Translations under genes and position numbers: made by a program
Notes under the pieces: generated by a model
What the model saw: only the letters and a program-made list of their open reading frames with translations
Told to the model about the DNA's origin: nothing
Databases searched by the model: none
Source: Haliotis rufescens
Taxonomy: Eukaryota
Assembly (NCBI RefSeq): GCF_023055435.1
Contig: NW_025963791.1
Location: 32,736,001-32,800,000, forward strand
Reading direction: 5' to 3'
Length of the DNA stretch: 64,000 bases
Shown here: positions 39,301 to 52,863 of the stretch, one piece after another
Position numbering within the stretch: position 1 is the stretch's first letter
How the letters are laid out: the number at the start of each line of letters is the position of its first letter

Positions 39301-41488
39301 ACGCTATTATTTCCACATACCAGTTAGAGTTACTCCCCTTTGGTGCGTTTGCGAGCGACGGATGAATTAAAATGGGAACGTAACCTAACTTCATATTCAT
39401 GTTATTCAGTTTATCAAATATTCTATAGCGTGAATCAACTGAAACAGAAAATACACACAGTATGCACAAGCATGAATACTGCAATACGATCATCTTTTAT
39501 TTAAGTTATTATTTTGAGTTCATGAACAAATCGCATAAACGCATCCACTGATAAAGCATTGCGAAAGTAATCCTGACGTCAGAAACCACTGGTGAACGTC
39601 ATAATCGATTCATTCCGTGTCATGTGATTAAATGCTCACAATAGCTGTAATTACAACACGCCTACCTGTCATCCTGTCAATTAATGCGCAAATGTTCACA
39701 GGGAGCCAAAACGTTAGACACAATAATACCTTAATTAATAATTGCCTCTGTCTTTAATTATTAAACATAAAATCTTATTCACTGAAAATAACGTAATAAT
39801 TGTTCACGAAAAAAACAATTGAACACGCAAAGCAAGCAAGTTGCTATTATTGGCTTTGTGTGCCACATTTATTGTAAACATCCGTTCAAATTTCCTTATC
39901 CGATCGAACAGATATGGCTCTTCCAAAATCATTGCTTTTTAGCTTAGAGGATCGCCGATGCGACGTTAAATTTAACTCACCCACTCTTTCAAGAGAGCAC
40001 CAAAGAAAAATGTCCGACTATGAGTTTCTGAGTTTCATAAAATTAGTATTACACGGGAGCGAGTTAAGTATTTTATGTATTACTTACCGTTTAGCACTTT
40101 TTAAAACCTCATTTTTTAAACTTTGGGAAGTCCTACCATAAACCAGTCCAAGCGTAAAAATACAATATTTTAAACAGGCAAATAATAAAGGCAGATAAAA
40201 CTAGGCAGATTTCCACAGTATGATCCAATTGAGTTAACAGAATAATACACCTTCGAACACTTTAAAAAATTATAAAATCTATTAATTTAATACCATGCGA
40301 TGGCCTACCTTTAGAATTCTGCACCAAAAAGTTTACAAACACGTCACAAAAGCCTATGACGTAATTTGTGACATTTTGTTGCAAGATACACCGGCGAAAC
40401 AATGCCCTGTGACGTCAACCTAGCAACAAGTTTGCTGGGGACATAAGCTCCTCTCAGGGACCTGTCGACGCTAGTCCCGGTAGTACATAAGCATGCGCTT
40501 TGGTATTAAACAATGTAATACCAGATAATTGTCATTAAACAGTGGTAACTTCAACGGGCGAGTTATCTATATTTCTTATATACTACGCCACTCGTGAGAA
40601 TTTTGACTTTCGTTGCGTGAAATCAGTATGGCACATATAATAATATCTGTATAATTGGCGACTAATGGGATCGGGTGGTCAGGCTCGCTGACTTGGTTGA
40701 TGCATGTCATAGATCCCAATTGCGTGGATCGATGCTCATGTTGTCAACTACTGGATTGCCTGGTCCAGACTCGATTATTTACAGACCGCAGTCATATAGC
40801 TGGAATATTGCTGAGTGCGGCGTTCAACAACAACAATAAACAAACAAACAAACCATATAATTATGTCCCCATAATGTAATCAGTATAAATAAACAATGGC
40901 ACTGAATACTAGTATATCGGATTTCCCAAGCTCACTTGATACAAATGTGATTCGATATTTAGGTTATAGAACAGTCTTAAGTTGATGATGACGGCATTTC
41001 ATTATTATATTTTATTTCATTTCATTTTATCAAACATGTTTTCCGATGTCATAGTCATCGATGCTGTTTGCAAACCCCACCGCGTTTATTAATCTGCCTG
41101 TAGGAGTCACGTCGTGTATCCTGGTGTTGTTTGTTTTAAAGGTTTTCCGTGACGTGGTGTGACGAAGCAGTAGGTTAATCACGTCTGTAGCTGAGAGAGT
41201 CACGCGTGGGTGTACCAGCTGAACGTTGATACTCAATCTGCTGTCACCGCTATTACGTGTGTGCCTCCCTTTACCGTAGATTTGTCTTAGGTCTTCACAA
41301 CCCTTGGTTCTTGTAGAAACCGTGAAATAATATATACCGTACATACTGTCTGATGTTTTGTCTTACAGAGTTCAAAGTGAGGATCTGTTGACCAGAACGA
41401 GGGTACGTGTGGAAGATTGAACAATTTGAAATATCCGCTTTTACCCTTGTCCTGGCTGATCTAGTGTACCATCATACCCGGATGGCGT

Positions 41489-41627
41489 NNNNNNNNNNNN
41501 NNNNNNNNNNNNNNNNNNNNNNNNNNNNNNNNNNNNNNNNNNNNNNNNNNNNNNNNNNNNNNNNNNNNNNNNNNNNNNNNNNNNNNNNNNNNNNNNNNNN
41601 NNNNNNNNNNNNNNNNNNNNNNNNNNN
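41489..41627. other. Assembly gap (139 N)
   Basis: Run of n. Confidence 1.
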
Positions 41628-43362
41628 ACTGAACGGTTCAAATGACCCTACTCCTCACAACTGTGCAGCTCGAAATGTATATTTAAATCTCTATGGTTAT
41701 TTCGCAGACAAATGTTTGAATAAAGGAATGTATGCCAGTACAGCGCGACTGCCCCGAATTCACCGAATTGATTCACCGACGCTGCACCGTCGGGTGACAC
41801 ACTCAGCAAGGTCACACCACCCCATTCATATAGGTATACCCTCGTTAAATGTAGGTTGCTGGGAGCCCATAGTACCTCTGAATCATTGTGTGGGTATATT
41901 GACTGACGCGGAAATAGACTTTTAAAAAAGGATTGGTGTATTTATTTCGCAAATCGTGATGGGTCTGTGATTTTGTAATAGTGATGTAATCCGTTTGCAC
42001 TCGAACATCAATTACAGATCCGAGTGTAGAGAATGTTTCAGCAGAGGCCATAACATATTTCATGGTCTCTGGTTTCAGTATGCTCTTAATGCGCGCGTGT
42101 TCGTGTGCGTGTGCGTGTGCGTGTACGTGTGCGAGTGCGAGTGCAAGCTGGCCGCCACCAGCATCGCATCCATTTTTATCAGTAATGGCTGCATACTGTC
42201 GACACCTGGGGTATTTGTGTAACGCGGGGCGCATTGACCTGGGTTTTCGAGGACGCAGGGACATAAAGCACACAAATGCACACCCATACAAATATATAGT
42301 CATGACGTGATATGCCCTCGGGAGCGATACCTATTCATTACTGTAAAGGGACGTAAAAGGGTCTTCGATCTATTGTTTGTTTATTGAAGAGGTGGTAATG
42401 ATTATCAAAGCCATTTATGGTGAACGGAAAAATCTCAGTAATGGATCTGGAATACAACTTTGACTAGGTGAGCTGAGGTTAAATTTGGTTTAACGTCGTT
42501 TAAAAGATTATTTCACTTACAGCGACATGTATAGGCACGTGCTGCAGTTTAACCTAAATCAGACACTGTATTCCGAGCCGACCAGCGCCAAGCAGGGTAA
42601 CAACAAGCACGTCTTTTAACGACTTTGGGTATGACGTGACAGGAGGTCGAACCACAGACCTCCAGCTCTCCGGACAGAAGCTATCCACTAGACCACGGAG
42701 ACAATCTATGACAAACAAGGGAAACTGAGAACTGTTCAGGAAAAATAATGTATGGAGATGCAGGAGAAAAAGTATCCTCCATTCTTCAGTTAGAGTGCTT
42801 CTCTATCCTCCTCGACCCCCGGTAATTTATTTGGCGTTCAGAGGGAATCATGATATGGTCACTTTAAAATCTCTAGAGAAGGTAATTAAAAATATTACAC
42901 ATATTTGGGGAGGGTCATGTTTATAAATGGGCATTATGTAATAAAATAAGTTGCTTTTGCATTTTGTGAGTGAGTGAGTTGGGTTTAACGCCGCTTTTGA
43001 CATTATTCCAGTTATATCACGGCATGTCAGCTTAATGTGGGAGGAAAGCCCGAAGTGATGCAGGTCTCCGACGTTTACCACTTCGGTGAAACCCACGAGC
43101 ACGGATGTGGTGCTGACAAGCCTAAAAATATAATCAGAGCAAACCGGGATTCGAACCCATATGTTTCTGGTGTGCCCAAGGGACGTAACTCTGCACAGGG
43201 AATCGTGGCGCCTTTAGACGACTGGGCCGTGCCCCCTTGCATTTTTCTTTTCAGGGAGGGTCATGAACAATATGTTCAAGGACATGGGGAGGGTCACCCA
43301 AGAATATGACAAGCATAATTATAAGAGCATAGTGCAACAAACCCGTATGTTTCTAGGTTTCT

Positions 43363-43523
43363 GGGGCGGTCGGGTAGCCTACTGGTTCGCTCGTCACGCC
43401 GAAGACCCGTGTTCGAATCCCGACATGGGTACAATGTGTGAAGCCCTTTTTTGGTGTCCCCCGGCGTGATATTGCTGGAATATTGCTAAAAGCGGCGTAA
43501 AACCATGCTCACTCACTCACTCA
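43363..43523 (+). mobile_element. SINE family A copy
   Basis: TSD ttctaggttt (43351-43360/43524-43533). Confidence 0.85.
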
Positions 43524-45402
43524 TTCTAGGTTTTTTCCTTTTATTCAAATTAGAGTTGCGTCCCTTGGACACGTCAGAAACCTTTAATCATAGGTTCGAA
43601 TCCAAGTTCATCCCGATCATGTTTCTAGGTGTGTCAGCACCATTCACGTGCTCGTGTGTTTCACAAAAATGGTAAACGTTTGAGACCTGCATCCCACATC
43701 AAGCTTGTGTTTTAATTGGAATACTGTTCTTTGCCGCGTTAAACCGAACTCTCACTCCAATCAAATTATACCCTGCTGTCTCAGTCTTCGACATATGACA
43801 TGAATTATTTATTAATATCCAGACGACTCTGATCGATATCAGATGAATCGAAATAATAGATGATTAGATTCCTATTGTGGTCTGGTCACGTTGTTGGATC
43901 GCTATTACCAGACGTAACACCATTTGCAGGCCGGATTTCGTAGTGCTGTTGTTACCTTGTCGTGCCATGATTTCGCCACTCGCGGGATCGAATCCAAGAT
44001 CCAGTCTTATTATATTCCTTCGCTTTTCAGCACCATACCTGTGATCGCGGGTTTCGCCACAGCAGTATTAAAACGTCTATGGCCTGCGTCAGTTTTGACT
44101 TTTCTTCTAAATTCCGTGATAAGGCTAAACCATAACAAACTCGGGGCGGTCGGTAGCCTAGTGGGTAAAGCGTTCGCTCGTCACGCCGAAGACCCGGGTT
44201 CGATTCCCGACATGGGTACAAAGTGTGAAGCCCCGCCGTGATATTTCTGGATTATTTGTAAAAGCGGCGTAAAACCATACTCACTCACTCTGTTATAACG
44301 CTGGGTAATCTAGAACCGATATCCAGTATATACATATAATTTCCATTGCTAGTTTGTGAGAATGTATTGGCAATATACAGAACAGGTAAGGACATAATAG
44401 CATGCACTTCAGGATTCTGTTAGACCTTGTACATATTTCAAGCGACACTTAACAAAAGACAAAAGAATGAATGCATGTGTTTCTTTGTTTGTTGTTTAAC
44501 GCCGGACGTAGAAATATTCCAGCTGTAACATAGCGGTCTGTAAATAATCAAGTATGGGTCGAGCAACCCAGTGATTGGCATCATGAGCATCAATCTAAGC
44601 AATTAGGGTACGATGACATGCATCAACCAAATCAGTGAGATTGACCACCGGTTCTGTGAGTCCCCTCTTTGGACAAGCATAGGTTGACTGGCACCGATTC
44701 TAACACAATTCTTCATTGAGAAATGGATGTGAATACTTCATTTCGAAGTATAGAATTTAATATAACATGTATAATATAATTCATCTAATTTATTCAAGTA
44801 TTTCTATTTTCCCCATTGCCTGTTTGAACGTCTGATTGACTGATTTCATGCATGAGAGGAAGAAGAGTGTATATGTGAATATAATTATGAATGTGGTTTT
44901 AGCCGAGATGTATTGATTTATAGTTACTGCAGAATTAATGTTGTAGCTTGTTTACACAGATTTTAGGTACGCTTGATACATTTGTCTTGGCGGCGCTAAC
45001 GTCTGCATCATACTACTATACACCGGGTAGGAATGATTTTGCATTCTAATATATGTTTATGTGATACTGAGTATCACATCTATTTCATATGACATGCGTA
45101 TTGCATTTAGATGACTATGTCTCAGCCACATCTATTTGTTTTGAATGTATGCTGTCAATCAAGGAGTTATCGCCCCTTGTTGCTAACTGTCTTACAATCT
45201 GTCATTTATATTTCACCTTTATTTGTATAATGAATTGTTTTGAAGCCTCAAGTATATTTTATGACGGTGTATTTATTGAATGCTATATTGTTTCAGGATG
45301 TGTTGTTAGACACATGGAATAAAACGTTCTCCCCCCTTATCTGTGTCTAGGAAGTTTGATCAGCACTAATTGGGTTACAACAATTCTGATGAGTAGGGTT
45401 TC

Positions 45403-46916
45403 GAGTTTGAAATTACTCCAAACGGGTGATGAGTTCTGTTGTGAGTTTGAATTACCCCAAACTAGTGATGAGTACTGTTGCGAGTCTGAATTACTCCAAA
45501 CTAGTGATGAGTACTGTTGGGAGTCTGAATTACCCAACACTAGTGATGAGTACTGTTGCGAGTCTGAATTACTCCAAACTAGTGATGAGTACTGTTGCGA
45601 GTCTGAATTACTCCAAACTAGTGATGAGTACTGTTGCGAGTCTGAATTACCCGACACTAGTGATGAGTACTGTTGCGAGTCTGAATTACTCCAAACGAGT
45701 GATGAGTACTGTTGCGAGTCTGAATTACTTCAAACTAGTGATGAGTACTGTTGCGAGTCTGAATTACCCCAGACTAAGGGTGAGTACTGTTGCCAGTCTG
45801 AATTACCCCACACTAGTGATGAGTACTGTTGTGAGTTTGAATTACTCCAAACTAGTGATGAGTTCTGTTGCGAGTCTGAATTACCCAACACTAGTGATGA
45901 GTACTGTTGCCAGTCTGAATTACCCCACACTAGTGATGAGTACTGTTGCGAGTCTGAATTACCCCACACTAGTGATGAGTACTGTTGCGAGTCTGAATTA
46001 CCCCACACTAGTGATGAGTACTGTTGCCAGTCTGAATTACCCCACACTAGTGATGAGTACTGTTGCGAGTCTGAATTACCCCACACTAGTGATGAGTACT
46101 GTTGCGAGTCTGAATTACCCAACACTAGTGATGAGTACTGTTGCGAGTCTGAATTACCCAACACTAGTGATGAGTACTGTTACGAGTCTGAATTACCCAA
46201 CACTTGTGATGAGTACTGTTGCCAGTCTGAATTACCCAACACTAGTGATGAGTTCTGTTGCGAGTCTGAATTACCCAACACTAGTGATGAGTACTGTTGC
46301 GAGTCTGAATTACCCCACACTAGTGATGAGGACTGTTGCCAGTCTGAATTACCCAACACTAGTGATGAGTACTGTTGCCAGTCTGAATTACCCAACACTA
46401 GTGATGAGTACTGTTGCGAGTCTGAATTACCCAACACTAGTGATGAGTACTGTTGCGAGTCTGAATTACCCAACACTAGTGATGAGTACTGTTACGAGTC
46501 TGAATTACCCAACACTAGTGATGAGTTCTGTTGCGAGTCTGAATTACCCAACACTAGTGATGAGTACTGTTGCGAGTCTGAATTACCCAACACTAGTGAT
46601 GAGTACTGTTGCGAGTCTGAATTACCCAACACTAGTGATGAGTACTGTTGCGAGTCTGAATTACCCAACACTAGTGATGAGTACTGTTGCGAGTCTGAAT
46701 TACCCAACACTAGTGATGAGTACTGTTGCGAGTCTGAATTACCCAACACTAGTGATGACTTCTGTTGCGAGTCTGAATTACCCAACACTAGTGATGAGTA
46801 CTGTTGCCAGTCTGAATTACCCCAGACTAAGGGTGAGTACTGTTGCGAGTCTGAATTACCCAACACTAGTGATGAGTACTGTTGCAATTTTGAATTACCC
46901 CAGACTAATGGTGAGT
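45403..46916. repeat. 39-bp minisatellite, about 38-39 units (gtctgaattacccaacactagtgatgagtactgttgcga)
   Basis: Directly visible tandem repeat; gives 13-aa periodic ORFs in the ORF track. Confidence 0.97.
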
Positions 46917-47866
46917 TGGTTAACTAAATAAATACAATCTCCGTGTTAATTGATGATATGTAAGATGGGGGAAAGAACACAATACAGGGACAGTGCACAC
47001 ATCTTTATTTTCAGGGTTGAGAGAACATTTGGTTAACAAATTAATATCAGTAAAATAACATCTTAGTGCTTTCTAAGATATGATTTTAATGAGTTTAGTA
47101 ATAAATAAATGTCAGTTCTACACGGAAAGTATGACAGGATATATACTTGGCTCAATATGTACATCTGTAGCAACCCTGACAGTTCATGTTTACAATAAAC
47201 AGGTGTGTACAAAATCTTTATTTCCAGGGTTGATGGAACATTTGGGTAATAAATGCACCTCAGTTCTTTCCTATAATAAAGATGACAGATGGGATCTGCT
47301 CAACCAAATATGTACCTTATAAGCAATCCTAAAAAATTATTTAATTACCGGTAATTTATCTCTGGGGATTAACAAGTTCTAGTATCCTGTAAATATGTGT
47401 TCTACATTTATATTCTAATAAGGAAGAAAAATATATAAGCATTTGTAAATCTTTTTCAAATCAACCATCCTATTAGCAGACTTTCACAAGATCCTTTAAA
47501 CAGTTTAGAAACTTAAAAAACAATATTAAAGTCAAACAAAAAGAAAAAACCCAGCAATAAATAATATTTTTTCATTTCCAAAAAGTCTACAATTTAGTTT
47601 TGGGCTTCTCATCATTAAGACTCTTATTAGTTTTATTGACACCTCAACAATTCATCTTTGCATTTTTTTACTACAAAATTATTTTTTGTACGGTACTTCT
47701 GGAATTTTTTTGCATTTCATATCACTTAATGTGATACTTAAACAATGAGTTTAACATTTGCCAGAGAGCAACTCTTTTTCAACAGATTGACAATTTGTCC
47801 CAAAAATGAATTTAAAAACACTTACTACCAACTCAATAGTATTTTAGGTTTTTGTATAACATAATT

Positions 47867-48256
47867 CAAGACTGACAGCTCACCATAGCTGTTGTTTACA
47901 ACTGATATCATGAGCTGCACACACATGTGAATGTACAAGACTGACAGCTCACCATAGCTGTTGTTTACAACTGATATCATGAGCTGCACACACAAGTGAA
48001 TGTACAAGACTGACAGCTCACCATAGCTGTTGTTTACAACTGATATCATGAGCTGCACACACATGTGAATGTACAAGACTGACAGCTCACCATAGCTGTT
48101 GTTTACAACTGATATCATGAGCTGCACACACAAGTGAATGTACAAGACTGACAGCTCACCATAGCTGGTGTTTACAACTGATATCATGAGCTGCACACAC
48201 AAGTGAATGTACAAGACTGACAGCTCACCATAGCTGGTGTTTACAACTGATATCAT
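47867..48256. repeat. 69-bp tandem array, about 5.7 units, each with a minus-strand ATG|GTGAGC donor-like site
   Basis: Units start at 47867, 47936, 48005, 48074, 48143 and 48212. Confidence 0.95.
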
Positions 48257-48274
48257 AATGAGCGCATGGCCATT

Positions 48275-51200
48275 CTATGGATCCATTGTTTCAGTGACAA
48301 ATTTCCTCAGATTACAATGCTCCAAACCGTGTCCCAGTGCCCTGACAGAAGGCTCCTCCGACCTTGCCTTCCACAGCTTGAGGAGGCTGCAGATCATCTC
48401 CGTCCTGTCCTTGTTCTCATTTGCCTTCCTGGTCGTGTCGATGTCCTCATGACTCAGTCCCAAGTGCAATGCTGTAAGCAAAGAAAACTCTATAGACCAG
48501 GGCTATCTTAGCGCTAAGATGATCATAACTCCCCTACTTCATAGACAGTCGTAGCGCTAAGATCGCTTTGTCCAACGGGGCCCAGGTTGAATTTCTTGGT
48601 CTTCACATGGTTCTGGTACAAATTTTGCAGGTTAAAATAAAAATTCAATGCAGTTCTTGAACAAATCTACAAGTCAAAATAAGTTCAAAAGCACCCTATT
48701 TTTTTCCATATGACTATAGCTGATCAGTCATGGGTGATAGGTATTGCAACACACAACCGTCAAATTGTGTGCATTCTTTAACTTGTTTTGAGTAGTATAT
48801 ACTAATATCATTTTCTAACAGTCATTTCACAAATCTCTGTTAGGAATTATTTCATCAACCTTTATGACAATTTTGAGTAATATTTTCCCATACATCTTGG
48901 TACATGTATTTCCAAAAAGAAAATCCTCACATAAAAATAAATCAACCTGACTGGCCTCAGGCAGATTATTTACGAGGTCAACTGATCTGCCAACCTAAAA
49001 AATCTACGAAATGGCAAGACGAAAGCAAATAACAATCTTGTTGAATGCAAACTCATGTGTTCACCCTCAAAACAATTATGACGTGTACATAAAACATCAA
49101 ACTGCAAGACCACCAATTCTGACTTGATGAACATGGCAAAACCATATGAAGAAAAATGTTACCAAAACAGGATCAAATGGAAATGTCTTTTAGCGTTGAG
49201 ATACTGACCTAAATATTCCAAAAATAATTGTAAACTAACAAATAAAAAATTACTTTTCACCTTTCGGTCAATTGTAGATTGAATTACGTACACACGATGT
49301 TTTGTGATCATCATAGGGAGACACCACAAACCCATTACAACAGGGGCCACAGGTGGCCAAGTTTCCTAAGGCAGATACGAGTCCTTTAGGGACGCCAGAA
49401 ACCTATGATCACATATACGGTAAACTATGGTTATAAAGAACTCAAAGGGACCACTAATTTTAGTTCGTAATAACTGTAGTTCGTTATAAGCATATATGCA
49501 ACATATACAACAAATGGCCGGGACTAAAAACAAGTTCATTATATGGGTAAGCATGTTCGTTATGAACATAGTTTACTGTTCGAATTCTGGTTCACTCCTA
49601 TCATGTTTCTAGGTTTGTCAGTACCATACCCACGCTTGTGGATTTCACCGAAGTGGTAAACGTCTAAGACCTGCATCACTTCGGGCTTTCCTCCCACATA
49701 AAGCTGATACGCTGTGATATAACTGGTATACTGTTCAAAGTGGTGATAAACCAAACTCACTCACAAGTCCATAAATCTTTCCAGACTAGTTCTTATGTAA
49801 CAAAAACATGAATTGTGTGAAAACAAGTGACAGGATTTGATGTGGCTGTGTCTAGCCCTGAACATGTGTAAGACATTTGGGGCAATGTTTAATCATATAT
49901 AATAATGCTGATTATTTGTGTTCCTTTCTGAGTGCCACAAAACATCACTCACTCAGTCAATGAGAGATATAAACAACATTCCTCACCTAACTTTTTGTAT
50001 TTTTCATCTTCGAATCGGAGTTTGTTGGCAACTCTCTTCAATTCATCATCTGTGACTGTTCTCCTTGAACCTAGAATAAAAAATAGCATAATTGCAAAAT
50101 GTACATCGTTCAATGAACTTTATAGGGCTTAACAGGCATTTTAAAAGTCTGAAATAGGATACAATGAGTTACTTTAACATGACCTTTCTCGAAAATAAAC
50201 AAAATATAAGCATGTTTATAAACTGATAATTATCATTAGTTATTGATCAGTTGGGACAAATCAGTTGATAAGCCCATTCCCACAAACACTTGTGTTGAGA
50301 AAGAGTTAAAATTGAAAATAAAATATCATTGATTCATCATAAGAACTTGCTGTAATTAGTGGTTATCACAAATTTAGTAATACGAAGTGTAATATTATTG
50401 TAATTTTATTATTATTTGTTCATTTTATTATTATTCGTTATTATTATTATTATTTAATTGTTTCATTTACTTGTTTCATTTACAAAAAATAATTCCTGAA
50501 TAATAAAAACAATGGGTTTAATTTCATGTTCAATAACTCTGGTCCCCTTCAGATTTTTTTCATTCTTTCTATATTTGCAAGGTAAAAGTGAAAAAAACCT
50601 GAGTCTTCTTTTGTGCGTATATATGCATGTCTAGGAATGGGTCTTTCCCCAAGGACATTTCCTTTTCCACGGTAGCAAAGTTCAAACATGCAAATACCAT
50701 TGTAACTGAAAAGATCTCTTAACTTCACACACCAGTTTCAAAAAAGGAAAAACATTTCTTTTGACACTGTCTGTGTCACCAACACAAATTCTTTTCCAGG
50801 TTGAAACAAACAGATTTTGAGGTTGAATTCTTGATGTTTGCTGCCACTACTTTGACTTATAACAAGAGTTATTATTTCGCACATATCTGACACCTGTCTG
50901 ACAAGTGGTGGGTCAGACAAATTGGGGGTCAGACAAATGGTGGGTCAGATAAATGGGGTTCAGACAAATGGGGGGTCAGGCAAGTGGTGGGTCAGATAAA
51001 TGGGGTTCAGACAAATGGGGGGTCAGACAGTGGTGGGTCAGATAAATGGGGTTCAGACAAATGGGGGGTCAGACAAATGGGGGGTCAGACAAAAGGGGAG
51101 ACACCTTTATACCAGTATATTATCACAAGGCATTGGACAAACACATTTCAAATTGATTATTGTACATATTGCTTGAGATTTGTATGTTTCATCCATCTAT

Positions 51201-52375
51201 GACCACAAAAGGAATACATACCTAAAATGTCCATGTATCTGTCTGTGTTCACGTTTGTGCGCTGATTGTTCCTTGACTCTTCATCATCGGAGGAGGAGGA
51301 GGAGCTGGGGGAGTAATGGGGGGGACGCCAGTTTGGCTGGTTGTTGTAGCTTTGTTGTTGTCTCGGAGTCCGCCGAGTCTCTCGGAACTGCACAGAGTCC
51401 TCAATACGCCCTTTCTGTATGTAGTAGATGTCTCTCTGGCCTGTGTTGTTGTCAATGCAATCAAACACGTTGATGGTGGCGTTTTCAAGAAGATACACAA
51501 ATTGGTTCCTGATCACCACTGGAAAATACAACATAGGGTTGGTAAGACAGGAAGCAGTCCCTGGCACCAGAAAAGTAATAACATGATATAAAAATTGCCC
51601 CAATGCACAGTCAGTCATGAGTCTACATATTATATGTGAGTGAGTGAGTGAGTTCGGTTTAACGCCGCTTTTAACAGTATTACAGTTATATCACGGCGTG
51701 TCAGCTTAATGTGGGAGGAACGCCTGAAGTGATGCAGGTCTCAGACGTTAACCACTTCGGTGAAACCCACAAGCACGGGTATGGTGCTGACAAACTTAGA
51801 AACATAATCGGGGCGAACCGGGATTCGAACCCACAATCATTACTCTGCACAACAAATCGCGGCCCCTTAAACGACTGGGCTACCCGTGCGCCCCTTTATA
51901 TTATATTATATGTAGTGAAATCTTTGGGCATCAGGCAAAGTGAGTGTGGCTGTTAATTGGCTTTGTATTTGTTGTTTTTGAACGCTGCACTCAGCAATAT
52001 ACAAGTTTTATGAGAGCGATTAGTAAATCATCAAGTCTGGACCAGACAATCCCGTGATTGATATCATGATCTTCAATCTACACTTTTGATACGATGACAA
52101 GCATAAACCAAGTTACCGAGCCTGATCACCCCTACAACATGGGTTGCTGTAGACCAATTCTAACCCGGATCTACAGGGGGGTGACATGTCAGAAAGTCAT
52201 CTGTTTGATATCACACAATAGTATGATATCAATGTATGGAACAAGTATTCATGCAAAATATTACCACATTTGGTAACTCAGATTTTGACATAGTATTTCC
52301 TCTACATCGTCAACATTGGTACAACATACAGTGCCCAATCATGATTATATTCTTACCACTTGGTTGCCGGGCCAT
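48275..52375 (-). CDS. Small death-domain-containing protein, 198 aa, 4 coding exons (adaptor-like)
   Basis: Exons 52375-52357 (MARQPS), 51518-51222 (VVIRNQFVYLLENATINVFD...SSSSSSDDEE...MDIL), 50070-49987 (GSRRTVTDDELKRVANKL...KYKKL), 48471-48275 (ALHLGLSHEDID...MICSLLKLWK...SVRALGHGLEHCNL...*). All introns are phase-1 GT-AG. The C-terminus has the death-fold pattern LA..LGLS..DID / L..W / V..L...L. Confidence 0.75.
50896..51103. repeat. 15-16 bp G-rich tandem repeat (tcagacaaatggggg), probably a transposon subterminal array
   Basis: About 12 degenerate units ending in gagacacc. Confidence 0.8.
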
Positions 52376-52863
52376 GTTGATTTGTGTATTAGATGACAGC
52401 AGATCTTGGAATGACTGGTAACTGAAAAATCAAACAATAATAGAATAGTAACTGTACTCCCATGACTGCTGTCAGTCCTGTCTGCTGAGTTTCTGGGGTA
52501 GATCTAGTAGATCTATATACGTGTATCGTTACATGTATCGAAATGCTTAAAAATTGTTTCTAGAGAGGGATTAGAGTAAGGGTGTAAGCCTACAATTAAG
52601 CGGTTGAACAAATATTCTAGTTGGCTACTTGTTGCAAGAAATGTTGGAACTAATTAAGTAGCAGCTTGAAAATGATTTTTTATGACAGTTGGTTCAGCGT
52701 TGTTGGATGAAGCACCATTTTCATTTTGTGAAGTTGTTACAGCACAATATCGTTACAGCATAATATCGCGGAAATGACTGAATTCAGTAATATGACTAGG
52801 CACTTTTCGGATTCATATCTATGAGCACTGATGACTAATTACCTTTATAGCATTCAGCTCAAG

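Noticed and set aside
43255-43344. 90-nt AG/GT-bounded open segment (RVMNNMFKDMGRVTQEY...)
   Set aside because: No partner exons or recognised homology; repeated GGGAGGGTCA motifs suggest a transposon remnant.
45403-46916. CRISPR array, hammerhead or box C/D snoRNA cluster (GTGATGA...CTGA in each unit)
   Set aside because: No unique spacers or cas genes, and the context is eukaryotic. The hammerhead core is mismatched. Only 14 nt separate the C- and D-like boxes, with no terminal stem.
45426-46931. 501-aa LVMSTVASLNYPT ORF and the minus-strand repeat ORFs
   Set aside because: By-products of the 39-bp period, with no independent gene evidence.
47825-48256. 143-aa repeat ORF MISVVNNSYGELSVLYIH
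   Set aside because: Product of the 69-bp array in the 3' region of the death-domain gene.
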